IMG/VR virus record: IMGVR_UViG_2909288124_000001
Reading direction: 5' to 3' (one strand)
Length of the DNA: 42,470 nt
DNA from: a virus
Taxonomy: Duplodnaviria > Heunggongvirae > Uroviricota > Caudoviricetes
Below the pieces are notes generated by a model that saw only the letters and a list, made by a program, of their open reading frames with translations, was not told the DNA's origin and made no database searches. Shown here in pieces: positions 27,885-36,755 of the stretch. Every line of letters starts with the position of its first letter. The first letter of the stretch is position 1. Position numbers and translations under genes: made by a program.

Positions 27885-28655
27885 ATGAAAATGCAGACAT
27901 TACCCATCGTTCCATGGATTGGTGGCAAACGCCGCCTTGCAAAACACATCCTGCCGCTGTTTCCGGCGCATGAATGTTATGTGGAGCCGTTTTGTGGGGC
28001 AGCAGCGCTCTATTTTCTTAAGGTACCCGGCAAGATCGAAGTCATTAATGATATCAACGGTGAACTGGTGAACCTGTATCGGGTAGTAAAACATCATCTG
28101 GAAGAATTTGTGCGCCAGTTCAAATGGGCGCTGGTCAGCCGGCAGATCTACAAATGGCTGCAGATCACCCCGGAAGAAACACTGACGGATATCCAGCGTG
28201 CAGCACGGTTCTACTACCTTCAGAAGCAGGCGTTTGGAGGCAAGGTGGCGGAGCACAGCTTTGGTACCTCCACCATATCCCCGCCACGCTTCAACCTGCT
28301 GCGTATTGAAGAAGAACTGTCAGCGGCACACCTGCGGCTTTCCAGAACGGTCATAGAACACATGGACTGGCAACAGTGCATAGAACGATATGATCGCCCG
28401 CATACGTTGTTCTACTGTGACCCTCCATACTGGGGAACGGAAGGTTATGGTGTGGAGTTCGGACTAGAAAATTATGATCATATGGCAGATTTAGCACGCA
28501 GGATCAAAGGGAAGATGATTATATCGGTGAACGATATCCCGGAAATGCGGCAGGCATTCAACGGTCTAAATATTCAGTCGGTTGATATCAGCTACAACCT
28601 CAAGATCACTGGCAAATCCAGTTGCAAGAAGGAACTCATTATCCTCAACTTTTGA
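27885..28655 (+). CDS. DNA adenine methyltransferase (Dam family, N6-adenine)
   Basis: 256 aa; motif I FCGAAALYF and motif IV DPPY (FYCDPPYWG); N-terminal WIGGKRRL typical of Dam-family enzymes. Confidence 0.85.
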   Translation: MKMQTLPIVPWIGGKRRLAKHILPLFPAHECYVEPFCGAAALYFLKVPGKIEVINDINGELVNLYRVVKHHLEEFVRQFKWALVSRQIYKWLQITPEETLTDIQRAARFYYLQKQAFGGKVAEHSFGTSTISPPRFNLLRIEEELSAAHLRLSRTVIEHMDWQQCIERYDRPHTLFYCDPPYWGTEGYGVEFGLENYDHMADLARRIKGKMIISVNDIPEMRQAFNGLNIQSVDISYNLKITGKSSCKKELIILNF

Positions 28656-29850
28656 CCGAATAGTAAGACTTCATGCAGTGAATCAAGTACTGCATGAAGT
28701 CAAGGGCTGGTTTTGTGTACCAAAAATAAACAGTGATAGCGGTAATAATTCCCATAACTAGAACACCACGTATAATCCAGAACGTACGTTTCTGCGTGTC
28801 TAGTCGCGCAGAAATACTGCTAAATACACCAGCCACGTCATCTTTAATGAAGGAATATTCCTTATTAATCTGTTTTTCTTTGTATTCAATTTCTTCGCCT
28901 AAGGCCTTTATAGATTGCATCTGGTTCGAAAGTGCCAGCCAGATTAACGTTGCAGCAAAAATGCATCCCAGAAGAATTATTGTGTTTGTTATCCCTTGGC
29001 CTGACCATTTCGTAGCCACTTTGAATTGGGTAGCTACGATAACAGAGGCAACAGGAATGCCAAGTATATGGTTCTGGATATCTGAAAACGCTTTGTGGAT
29101 TTTACCCATTTCTTCGACTTTTGCAGCACGCAGTTGATCCATTACTTTGTCATAAGAGAATCCAGAAGAGTAGATACGATACCCTTTCAGAAACTTTTCA
29201 TGCAGACGCTGAATATTGTCCAGTAAATAAGCGAATACTAGAGGTGAATCAATTCCATCACTAACTGCTTGGATACTTTCAATCAGAATATCTAGCTTCT
29301 GATCCTTATGGGTATCATCATTGAAACAAGCTATAAGGTTATCAAGATACTCTCTTTGCAAATTTTGTACATTTTCTGCAGCGAAGTGCGGTAATAGCTT
29401 GATAACTTCTTTTTTCAGAAAAACTAACTGACAAGTTGAGTTATCAAAGTAGGCCGCGGCCTCTTTTAGCAGGTTAACGAACTCGAGAATCTTCCGGTAG
29501 TTGCTGATGAAAACGGGGATATCTTCATCATCATTACGAAACTTTGTTTCTAGGATGAAGTAATTAGCTGGCTCAAGGCACTGATGCTTTGGAGCATTTA
29601 GCAATTTTTCATGGGTGGAAAACACAAGTCCCAGTCCACTCCGTGGTGACGTCACACGTAGGATGATCGTGTTACCTGGAGCGATAGTGCCTGTATCAAT
29701 AGAAAGACCATATTCACGAGGATCATCAAGCAAAGTATCAACCAGATCACAATCGGACTGATCTAAGAGCAACAGCGAACCGACACGAAACCCCTCTTGG
29801 AATTCCATACGACGATACAGAGCTGTCAGCATCTCAAATGAAATCGCCAC
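28645..29850 (-). CDS. Hypothetical protein with soluble N-terminal domain and two C-terminal transmembrane helices (candidate effector of a defence/exclusion cassette)
   Basis: 401 aa; predicted TM segments ITNTIILLGCIFAATLIWLALS and FWIIRGVLVMGIITAITVYFWY; AT-rich; 2-bp gap to upstream gene. Confidence 0.6.
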   Translation of the reverse strand: MAISFEMLTALYRRMEFQEGFRVGSLLLLDQSDCDLVDTLLDDPREYGLSIDTGTIAPGNTIILRVTSPRSGLGLVFSTHEKLLNAPKHQCLEPANYFILETKFRNDDEDIPVFISNYRKILEFVNLLKEAAAYFDNSTCQLVFLKKEVIKLLPHFAAENVQNLQREYLDNLIACFNDDTHKDQKLDILIESIQAVSDGIDSPLVFAYLLDNIQRLHEKFLKGYRIYSSGFSYDKVMDQLRAAKVEEMGKIHKAFSDIQNHILGIPVASVIVATQFKVATKWSGQGITNTIILLGCIFAATLIWLALSNQMQSIKALGEEIEYKEKQINKEYSFIKDDVAGVFSSISARLDTQKRTFWIIRGVLVMGIITAITVYFWYTKPALDFMQYLIHCMKSYYSVKS

Positions 29851-29852
29851 GA

Positions 29853-30860
29853 TTAAACCTCAGTCATCCACATTTCCCTAAATTCTTCAGGTACATTACG
29901 TAGGGTGATAATATTTGTTTCCGGATCATAATCAATATAGCCTTCAGTTTTCCCTTCCCGGTCAAACTTAAGTTCCCAATATTTAGACTTGCCTTTAAAA
30001 GATACCAGAGCCCGAATGACTCGACCATCAGGAACGAAGCCATCCGATAACTCCAACTCTTCAGCAGCAAGTTTACCAGATAACTCCTCGGGAGCCTGGG
30101 GCCAAATGGCATTAACAAGGGTTTCAAGACTAAGTGGTTCACCAGCCTTACTTAGTGCATGTAAGTGTTCAAACGCACTCTTAAGAAATGCATCTTTTTC
30201 AGCGCCGTCAAGTCCTTTTTCTGCCGCAAATGCTTTTAAAACGTCACGTAACTTTTCAGACTCTCGTTTGGCGATTAAGACATCATTACAGCCGAGGAAC
30301 TGTTTAAAATAGTTTGAAACATTACCTTGCCCCTTAAGAAAACTGATATAGCGCTCTGCGCCACTTTCCCACGCGGTTAAGTCAATGCGCCCAGCCATAC
30401 GCAGCTTAGCAATATCAAGATAGGTACTATCTTGGATGTTAAAATCATCTGTGACAGTGGATCCAATGGTAGCGCTTACAATAGCTATCAACAGGTGTTC
30501 ATTGTGTCCTATCACGATATTTGCAAAAAGAACATAACCACCAGTAGCCATGTTTTCTCGCTGAGAACGTTCCGTCAGGTGATGCATCATTCGGCAGGAA
30601 CTTTGGTAGAAATCATCAACACCTTCGAGAAAGTCCCCAGCCATTCGTTCCATAGGATAGTTATCCGTATCGCCTTCAAAATAGCCATAACCTTTACCTG
30701 TGCGTCCTGCATATTTTGCACAAATATCGTTTATAAGGCGCTGGGAGGCTTCAGTAACTAGACCTTCTTCAGGACTCAATCTCTCAGAAGCGTCTCCATT
30801 TTGTTGTTTGTCTAAAATGTGAACTACAACGTGTTTAACTTCAATGGTCTGCTCAGACAT
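29853..30860 (-). CDS. NA37 (NdpA/YejK)-like nucleoid-associated-protein homologue (candidate sensor of a defence/exclusion cassette)
   Basis: 335 aa (same length as E. coli YejK); stretches GGYVLF, GRIDLTAWES, RYISFLKG, FLG resemble YejK as recalled from memory; ATG with AAGGTGGA RBS; directly downstream of repressor gene. Confidence 0.55.
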   Translation of the reverse strand: MSEQTIEVKHVVVHILDKQQNGDASERLSPEEGLVTEASQRLINDICAKYAGRTGKGYGYFEGDTDNYPMERMAGDFLEGVDDFYQSSCRMMHHLTERSQRENMATGGYVLFANIVIGHNEHLLIAIVSATIGSTVTDDFNIQDSTYLDIAKLRMAGRIDLTAWESGAERYISFLKGQGNVSNYFKQFLGCNDVLIAKRESEKLRDVLKAFAAEKGLDGAEKDAFLKSAFEHLHALSKAGEPLSLETLVNAIWPQAPEELSGKLAAEELELSDGFVPDGRVIRALVSFKGKSKYWELKFDREGKTEGYIDYDPETNIITLRNVPEEFREMWMTEV

Positions 30861-30930
30861 TAGCTATCCACCTTATTTTTTATTGCTTAATGGCAAATAA
30901 TTTCTGCTATATGTTCTCGTTAGGAACACA

Positions 30931-31338
30931 TTAACCCACATTTTTTAACCGCTCAATCGTTGCGGATAATTCCTTCAGTTGTTTTTCCATCTCAATCACA
31001 CGCTGTTTTTCTTCAGCGCCTCGCATGAGATCTCGCCGAACCTCAGGATCTAACTGGTTTAGAAGTTCAAGCATTTTAAGGTCTGACGGGCTGAATTGAT
31101 GTTGTGTTGGTACAGCAACAATTTCTTTAGATGGAATATGTTCTTTACCGGTAAGTAGCCAATCGATCGATACACCCAAATGGGTACTTAGCGCAACAAG
31201 AGCCTCTGCGTTTGGTTCTCTCTCTCCACGCAAATAGTTTTGAAGTGAGCGATATGGAATTTTTGATAAGTCAGATAATGCCTTTATTGTCATGCCATTA
31301 GCATCCATCACTTCACGCAATCTCTCTTTTGTACTCAT
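30931..31338 (-). CDS. Prophage repressor (HTH XRE-type, c-like)
   Basis: From ATG at 31338: helix-turn-helix region ...MTIKALSDLSKIPYRSLQNYLRGEREP... plus C-terminal coiled coil; divergent from early operon. Confidence 0.7.
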   Translation of the reverse strand: MSTKERLREVMDANGMTIKALSDLSKIPYRSLQNYLRGEREPNAEALVALSTHLGVSIDWLLTGKEHIPSKEIVAVPTQHQFSPSDLKMLELLNQLDPEVRRDLMRGAEEKQRVIEMEKQLKELSATIERLKNVG

Positions 31339-31354
31339 TTGAACATATCTCAAT

Positions 31355-31382
31355 TTGACACACTCATTTGGGTGTGTACAAT
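31355..31382 (+). promoter_or_regulatory. Putative early promoter (TTGACA-16-TACAAT) with embedded inverted repeat ACACAC-N8-GTGTGT (candidate operator)
   Basis: Near-consensus sigma70 hexamers 45 bp upstream of ner-like start and 17 bp from the repressor start codon. Confidence 0.4.
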
Positions 31383-31426
31383 AGACCCAATAGAGTACAT
31401 CATAACCTAACAGGAACACGGTGCAT

Positions 31427-31651
31427 ATGAACAAACAACAAGTTCGGGCACGGCTGGTTGAACGAGGCAGTAGCTTGCGCCAGTTCGCGCTTAACGCGGG
31501 CTATGAACCACGAACAGTCACCCAGGCAGTCAGTCGCTGGGCTGGTAAAAGTGAACTACCTCGCGGTCGTTTGACTTATCGGATTTTGCGAGATCTATCG
31601 GTTGCAATAGGTAAAGAAGTTACCCCCGGTATCCTTAAGGAGGCGTCATGA
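31427..31651 (+). CDS. ner: Ner-like DNA-binding protein
   Basis: 74 aa from ATG at 31427; pattern ...SLRQFALNAGYEPRTVTQAVSRW... parallels Mu Ner (...LSALSRQFGYAPTTLANALERHW...) as recalled; first gene of early operon. Confidence 0.6.
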   Translation: MNKQQVRARLVERGSSLRQFALNAGYEPRTVTQAVSRWAGKSELPRGRLTYRILRDLSVAIGKEVTPGILKEAS

Positions 31652-31956
31652 ATAAACCAAATACATCAAGCTCAGGTACCCGTATTTTGCGCGTTCTTAA
31701 GGCCTTACGTGGCCACGCTTTGAACGGTGTTTCTAACGGGGAACTAGCGGTTGCACTGCACGAATCACCGGCAAACATCAACCGGGCACTTAACACGCTC
31801 ATTGAAGAAGGGTTGGCTCTGAAACTAGAAAACGGGCGTTTCGCACCAGGCATCCAGTTGCTGCAGATCGCCATGGCCCACAGTAACGAGATGGCACGTG
31901 CACAGGATCGCATTAACGAAATCAACCAACGTGTTATTTCAGGTAGTCGTTTGTAA
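31648..31956 (+). CDS. Hypothetical early protein (possible winged-helix DNA-binding)
   Basis: 102 aa ORF overlapping ner-like stop. Confidence 0.45.
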   Translation: MNKPNTSSSGTRILRVLKALRGHALNGVSNGELAVALHESPANINRALNTLIEEGLALKLENGRFAPGIQLLQIAMAHSNEMARAQDRINEINQRVISGSRL

Positions 31957-31966
31957 GGAGTAATCA

Positions 31967-32878
31967 ATGGGACGCACCAAATCACCGGTTAGCACTGAAC
32001 TGAACGTCGAGGTACCGCTGTCGGATGATCTCAATGTCAGTCTAAACGCCATGACACAGCATCGCATGGAAATCATGCAACAGTTCGGCGATGGTCTGCC
32101 CTATGAGCGCGATCGTGTTGTCCATGAGGCACGCTTTTATATGGCACAGAGCGCTGAGGCCATGCTGGAGGCAGGTAAGCGGCTGATAATCCTTAAGGAA
32201 AATGAACCACACGGGGAGTTTATAAAGATTCTTGAAAGTGAGTTGGGGCTGGCATACCGGACATCTGTGAGAATGATGCAAGCATCGACAAAATACTTAT
32301 CCCCGGCGCTGAAACCAAATGTGCCAACGTTGGCACATTTGGGAAAAGCCAAACTTTTCGAATTAATGACAGAAGACGACGAAGAGCTTGCCGAACTGGC
32401 CGACGGCGGCACAGTTGCCGGCCTGACGCTTGACGACGTTGATCGCATGTCAGTACGTGAATTGCGTCAGGCCCTGCGCGAAGCGCGCGAAACCAACGCA
32501 GCACAACAGCGCGTACTCGCTGACAAAAATGAAAAAATAGACTCACTCTCCACCAGACTGGAGAAGAAATCCCGTATTCAGCCGCCTGAGCCTGATGAAG
32601 AGGTTAAGAAGCTGCGGGCGGAAGTGACAGCATTAGCGGTTGAGGCGGAATCTGCTATCGCCGTTCGACTGTCCAGCGCTTTTGAGACGCTGTGCGCATA
32701 TTGTGCTGAAAACATGATTGATACCCCCAGAGACTTCATGGCAGGCCTGGTCTGTCAACTGGAAAGCACAGCGCGTAGCCTGCGCTCCACATTTGACCTG
32801 CCGGATGAGCCAACAGGCAATGCCGCGCCTTCATGGCTGACTGAGCCGACGCCACAGATTAACGGGCTGGAGGCATAA
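31967..32878 (+). CDS. Hypothetical early protein
   Basis: 303 aa ORF between ner-like and transposase genes; no recognised motif. Confidence 0.5.
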   Translation: MGRTKSPVSTELNVEVPLSDDLNVSLNAMTQHRMEIMQQFGDGLPYERDRVVHEARFYMAQSAEAMLEAGKRLIILKENEPHGEFIKILESELGLAYRTSVRMMQASTKYLSPALKPNVPTLAHLGKAKLFELMTEDDEELAELADGGTVAGLTLDDVDRMSVRELRQALREARETNAAQQRVLADKNEKIDSLSTRLEKKSRIQPPEPDEEVKKLRAEVTALAVEAESAIAVRLSSAFETLCAYCAENMIDTPRDFMAGLVCQLESTARSLRSTFDLPDEPTGNAAPSWLTEPTPQINGLEA

Positions 32879-32881
32879 CCA

Positions 32882-34651
32882 ATGAATGCTGCCCTGACTG
32901 AACGACTGGTTTATGTCGCCCGCGCGGCACGTGACGCGGGGCATGGTAAACGCGGTGCAATATACGACGCTGCCTGTGCTGAACTTGGCATGTCCCGCGC
33001 CACTCTGCTGCGCAGGCTGAAGGAGGTCTCTGTGACTGATAAACGCAAAAAACGCGCTGATGCCGGACGCAGCGCCCTGACCCGCGACGAAGCCGCGCTG
33101 ATATCTGCCACACTGCGTGAGGCCACCCGCAAGAACGGTAAGCGCCTCTATTCCATCGCAGATGCAGTGGAAACCCTGCGGGCTAACGGCTTTATCACCG
33201 CAGGCAGAACAGATGAAACCACCGGTGAGTTTTTCCCGTTGTCTGAAGATGCCATCAGCCGTGCTCTGCGTAACTATGGCCTGCACCCGGAACAACTGGA
33301 TGCTCCTGCACCGCATACCGAAGTGGCCAGTCTGCACCCCAATCATGTCTGGCAGATTGACGCCTCACTCTGCACGCTTTACTACCTGAGCAATGGACAT
33401 AAAGGGCTGCAGGTGATGGACAGCGCGAAGTTCTACAAGAACAAGCCCGCTAACCTTGCCCGTATCGCCAGTGACCGCGTGTGGAGTTACGAGATTACCG
33501 ACCATGCCAGCGGCTGGATTTACGTTGAGTATGTGACGGGCGCGGAATCAGGTGAGAACCTGTGTTCTGTGCTTATCAACGCCATGCAGGAGCGTGGCGG
33601 CGCAGACGTGCTGCACGGCGTGCCAAAAATACTCTATCTCGACCCCGGCTCGGCAAACACCGCGGGTATGACGAAAAACATGTGCCGCTCACTGGGCATC
33701 GACCTGATAGCGCACAAGCCGCATAACGCCCGCGCCACCGGACAGGTGGAAAAGGCGCGAGACATTATCGAACGCAAGCTGGAGCCGGGTCTGAAGTTCC
33801 GGCCGGTTCACAGTCTGGAAGAACTCAACGCGCTGGCCGCGAAATGGCGCAGCCACTTTAACGCCACGGCTGTTCACAGCCGCCACGGTAAAACCCGCAC
33901 GGATATCTGGCTGAAGATTACTGCTGAGCAGCTGAAAAAAGCGCCTTCCGTTGAGGTATGTCATGAACTGGCTGTGGCGGCACCAGAACTCCGCAAAGTC
34001 ACGCCAAAACTTCGTGTCTCGTTCCGGGGCACTGAATTTGACGTATCAACGGTACCGGGCGTACTGGTTGGTGAAAAACTGATGATTACCCGTAACCCAT
34101 GGCGCAGCGATGTGGCACAGGTGGTTCTGACCGGTGAGGACGGCCACGAGACGTTCTTCCTGGTCGAAGAGGTCAGAAAGAACGAGTTTGGCTTTGCTGA
34201 AGGCGCGGCGGTATTTGGCGAAAGTTACAAAGCCCTGCCGGAAACCCCGGCACAGATGGCGGCAAAAGAAACCGAAGCGCTGGTTACCGGTACAGACAAC
34301 GCCGCAGATGCAGCCGCCGCACGCAAGGCGAAGGCGCTGCCGTTCGGCGGGCGGCTTGACCCGTATAAACATATCGACGACACCACACTTCCGGCCTATA
34401 TGCCGAAGCGTGGTCAGGCCTCTGACGTACGCGGGCCGCGCACTGAACAACGTCCCATGACTCATGTGGAGGCCGCGAAAGCCCTGCGCGATAAGTTCAG
34501 CGCCGACGGCCTTACCTGGACGCCGGAACATTACCGCCAGTTAACGGCACAGTACCCGGACGGCGTACCGGAAGCCGCACTGGATGAAGTCATGGCCACG
34601 CTGACCACACCGGCCCGCAGCAGTGTTATCAGCATTGTTAACGGCAACTGA
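32882..34651 (+). CDS. Phage DDE transposase (Mu A functional equivalent; integrase-core type)
   Basis: 589 aa; candidate catalytic residues in HVWQIDASL, YLDPGSANT and a downstream Glu; N-terminal HTH-like region; followed by AAA+ ATPase gene. Confidence 0.8.
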   Translation: MNAALTERLVYVARAARDAGHGKRGAIYDAACAELGMSRATLLRRLKEVSVTDKRKKRADAGRSALTRDEAALISATLREATRKNGKRLYSIADAVETLRANGFITAGRTDETTGEFFPLSEDAISRALRNYGLHPEQLDAPAPHTEVASLHPNHVWQIDASLCTLYYLSNGHKGLQVMDSAKFYKNKPANLARIASDRVWSYEITDHASGWIYVEYVTGAESGENLCSVLINAMQERGGADVLHGVPKILYLDPGSANTAGMTKNMCRSLGIDLIAHKPHNARATGQVEKARDIIERKLEPGLKFRPVHSLEELNALAAKWRSHFNATAVHSRHGKTRTDIWLKITAEQLKKAPSVEVCHELAVAAPELRKVTPKLRVSFRGTEFDVSTVPGVLVGEKLMITRNPWRSDVAQVVLTGEDGHETFFLVEEVRKNEFGFAEGAAVFGESYKALPETPAQMAAKETEALVTGTDNAADAAAARKAKALPFGGRLDPYKHIDDTTLPAYMPKRGQASDVRGPRTEQRPMTHVEAAKALRDKFSADGLTWTPEHYRQLTAQYPDGVPEAALDEVMATLTTPARSSVISIVNGN

Positions 34652-34661
34652 GGAGGGAAAC

Positions 34662-35828
34662 ATGCTGGTACTGAAGCAGCAACTGAAAGAGGCCCGTATT
34701 CCACAGGCGGTGGTGGCGAGAGCTGTCGATGTTTCTGAGGCCACGCTGGCCCAGATTGTGAATCATAACGCGTGGCCCCGCACCAGCCCCGGAGAAGTGC
34801 GCCGGCGTCTTGCGTCCTGGCTGGAAAGTCAGGGGATTGATACAGCGAAGAGTTTTGATGCTGTACAGGGCGCGGCCACGCCCCGTACAGCGGGTACCAC
34901 AGATAAAACGAGCCTCAGTGAGGAAGAGAATATGTTACTCAAAAAACAGGTGTTATTTCCAGCAACCAAAAAAGCGTTTGGTCTTTTCCGTGACCCGTTC
35001 GCCGACGAAGCCATGCAGGGTTCTGATGATGTGTTCACCACCCCGGACATTCGCTACGTGCGTGAGGCGTTGTACCAGACAGCCCGTCATGGTGGGTTTA
35101 TGGCCGTCATCGGTGAGTCCGGTGCGGGTAAATCCACGCTGCGCCGTGACCTGACTGAACGTATCAACCGCGAGAATGCGCCGGTGATTGTTATCGAGCC
35201 ATACATCATCGCTATGGAAGACAACGATGTGAAAGGGAAAACCCTGAAGGCAGCAGCGATTGCCGAAGCCATTATCAGTACCATCGCACCACTGGAAAGC
35301 ATCAGACGCAGTCAGGACGCCCGCTTTCGCCAGCTGCATCGCGTCCTGAAAGACAGCAGCCAGGCGGGGTTCAGCCACGTTCTGGTGATTGAGGAGGCCC
35401 ACAGTCTGCCCATTCCGACACTGAAACACCTCAAACGCTTTTTTGAGCTGGAGTCCGGTTTCAAAAAACTGCTGTCCATCGTGCTGATTGGCCAGCCGGA
35501 ACTGGCGACAAAACTGTCTGAACGCAATATGGAAGTCCGTGAAGTCGTTCAGCGCTGTGAGGTGGTCGAACTTCTGCCTCTGGACAATAACCTTGAAGAG
35601 TTTCTGACGTTCAAACTGCAACGGGCCGGTAAACAACTGACGGACATTATGGACGCCAGCGCAGTGGATGCCATACGTGCCCGCCTGAGCAATCCGGGAA
35701 GTCATCGTAAAAATATGGTCAGCCTGCTGTATCCGCTGGCCGTCAGTAACCTGGTAATAGCCGCCATGAATCTGGCCGCTGAAATCGGGGTTCCACAGGT
35801 CAACGCTGACGTTGTCAAAGGGGTTTAA
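34662..35828 (+). CDS. Transposition ATPase (Mu B-like AAA+ target DNA activator)
   Basis: ATG at 34662 after GAGGAGGGA RBS; Walker A GESGAGKST; Walker B-like HVLVIEEAH. Confidence 0.8.
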   Translation: MLVLKQQLKEARIPQAVVARAVDVSEATLAQIVNHNAWPRTSPGEVRRRLASWLESQGIDTAKSFDAVQGAATPRTAGTTDKTSLSEEENMLLKKQVLFPATKKAFGLFRDPFADEAMQGSDDVFTTPDIRYVREALYQTARHGGFMAVIGESGAGKSTLRRDLTERINRENAPVIVIEPYIIAMEDNDVKGKTLKAAAIAEAIISTIAPLESIRRSQDARFRQLHRVLKDSSQAGFSHVLVIEEAHSLPIPTLKHLKRFFELESGFKKLLSIVLIGQPELATKLSERNMEVREVVQRCEVVELLPLDNNLEEFLTFKLQRAGKQLTDIMDASAVDAIRARLSNPGSHRKNMVSLLYPLAVSNLVIAAMNLAAEIGVPQVNADVVKGV

Positions 35829-35830
35829 TA

Positions 35831-36100
35831 ATGAAATCCACCACAGGTATCAACCAGCAAATCAGCAAAGTGCAGTCAGCCATTATGGCGCTTAAGGCGA
35901 CGAACACGGATGTACAAAGCATCACCATCAGGGGTAACAAACCTGTCATCCGCGTTTCCCGGAGTGCGCATTGCATGCGCATGCTTGAGCAGGGAAAGGC
36001 CTGTTATCTGTATACCGGACATGACCACAGGGGATATTTCCGTCAGGGCGTTTTCGAACTGCACGGCTGTCGCGTCGTGTGGCCGGAATCTTTGTGGTAA
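35831..36100 (+). CDS. Hypothetical early protein
   Basis: 89 aa ORF immediately after B-like gene. Confidence 0.4.
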   Translation: MKSTTGINQQISKVQSAIMALKATNTDVQSITIRGNKPVIRVSRSAHCMRMLEQGKACYLYTGHDHRGYFRQGVFELHGCRVVWPESLW

Positions 36101-36127
36101 TCAGCACAACCGGAGAAATCATAAAAT

Positions 36128-36658
36128 ATGGCAAAAAGTACAAAAGGGGCAAAACGTATCAAGTCCGCAGCGGCACTCTGGGTACCGGGGACACGCGAAG
36201 AGGTCATTGAGGGCATCAGACTGCTCGGTGACGCACAACGTGAACTGGTCAGGGCTGAAACAGAAATGAATGACGCCATTGGCGATATCACCGCACGTTA
36301 TGCCCCGCTCACCGAGAGCCTGAAAAAACGCATGTCAGAACTGCAGTCCGGTATCCAGACATGGTGTGAGGCACACCGTGATGAACTGACCGGCAACGGG
36401 AAGGTGAAGTTCGCTAACCTCACCACCGGCGAGGTGCAGTGGCGAAACCGTCCGCCATCAGTCAGTATCCGTGGAGCGGATAATGTTATTGAACTACTGA
36501 GACGTCTGGGGCTTGAGCGCTTTATTCGTGTAAAAGAGGAAATAAATAAAGACGCTATCCTGAATGAAAAGGACGCCGTGAAAAATATTCCCGGTATTAC
36601 CATAAAAAGTGATATTGAGGATTTTTCAATAATTCCTTTTGAGCAGGATGTGCAGTAA
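36128..36658 (+). CDS. gam: Host-nuclease inhibitor Gam (Mu Gam family)
   Basis: 176 aa; ...ETEMNDAIGDITARYAP...WCEAHRDELTGNGKVKFANLTTGEVQWRNRPPSVSIRG...IEDFSIIPFEQ closely parallels Mu Gam as recalled. Confidence 0.85.
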   Translation: MAKSTKGAKRIKSAAALWVPGTREEVIEGIRLLGDAQRELVRAETEMNDAIGDITARYAPLTESLKKRMSELQSGIQTWCEAHRDELTGNGKVKFANLTTGEVQWRNRPPSVSIRGADNVIELLRRLGLERFIRVKEEINKDAILNEKDAVKNIPGITIKSDIEDFSIIPFEQDVQ

Positions 36659-36755
36659 ACACACCACGTTAATTATTTAATAAAAACATTTTCTTTTTTA
36701 TTCCGGCGTCAGCGCCGTGGGCTTCTGCACGCCGGAAACAGAGGAGAATTAAATT

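Noticed and set aside
32831-33346. 171-aa minus-strand ORF overlapping the ner-transposase junction
   Set aside because: Antisense to the early operon; no RBS or motif.
34953-35705. 250-aa minus-strand ORF antisense to the B-like ATPase gene
   Set aside because: Antisense to a CDS with clear Walker motifs.
36690-36726. Inverted repeat TTCCGGCGT-N19-ACGCCGGAA between gam and the next gene, considered as a terminator
   Set aside because: T-run precedes rather than follows the stem on the plus strand and the loop is long; at most a weak RNA structure, not confidently a terminator.
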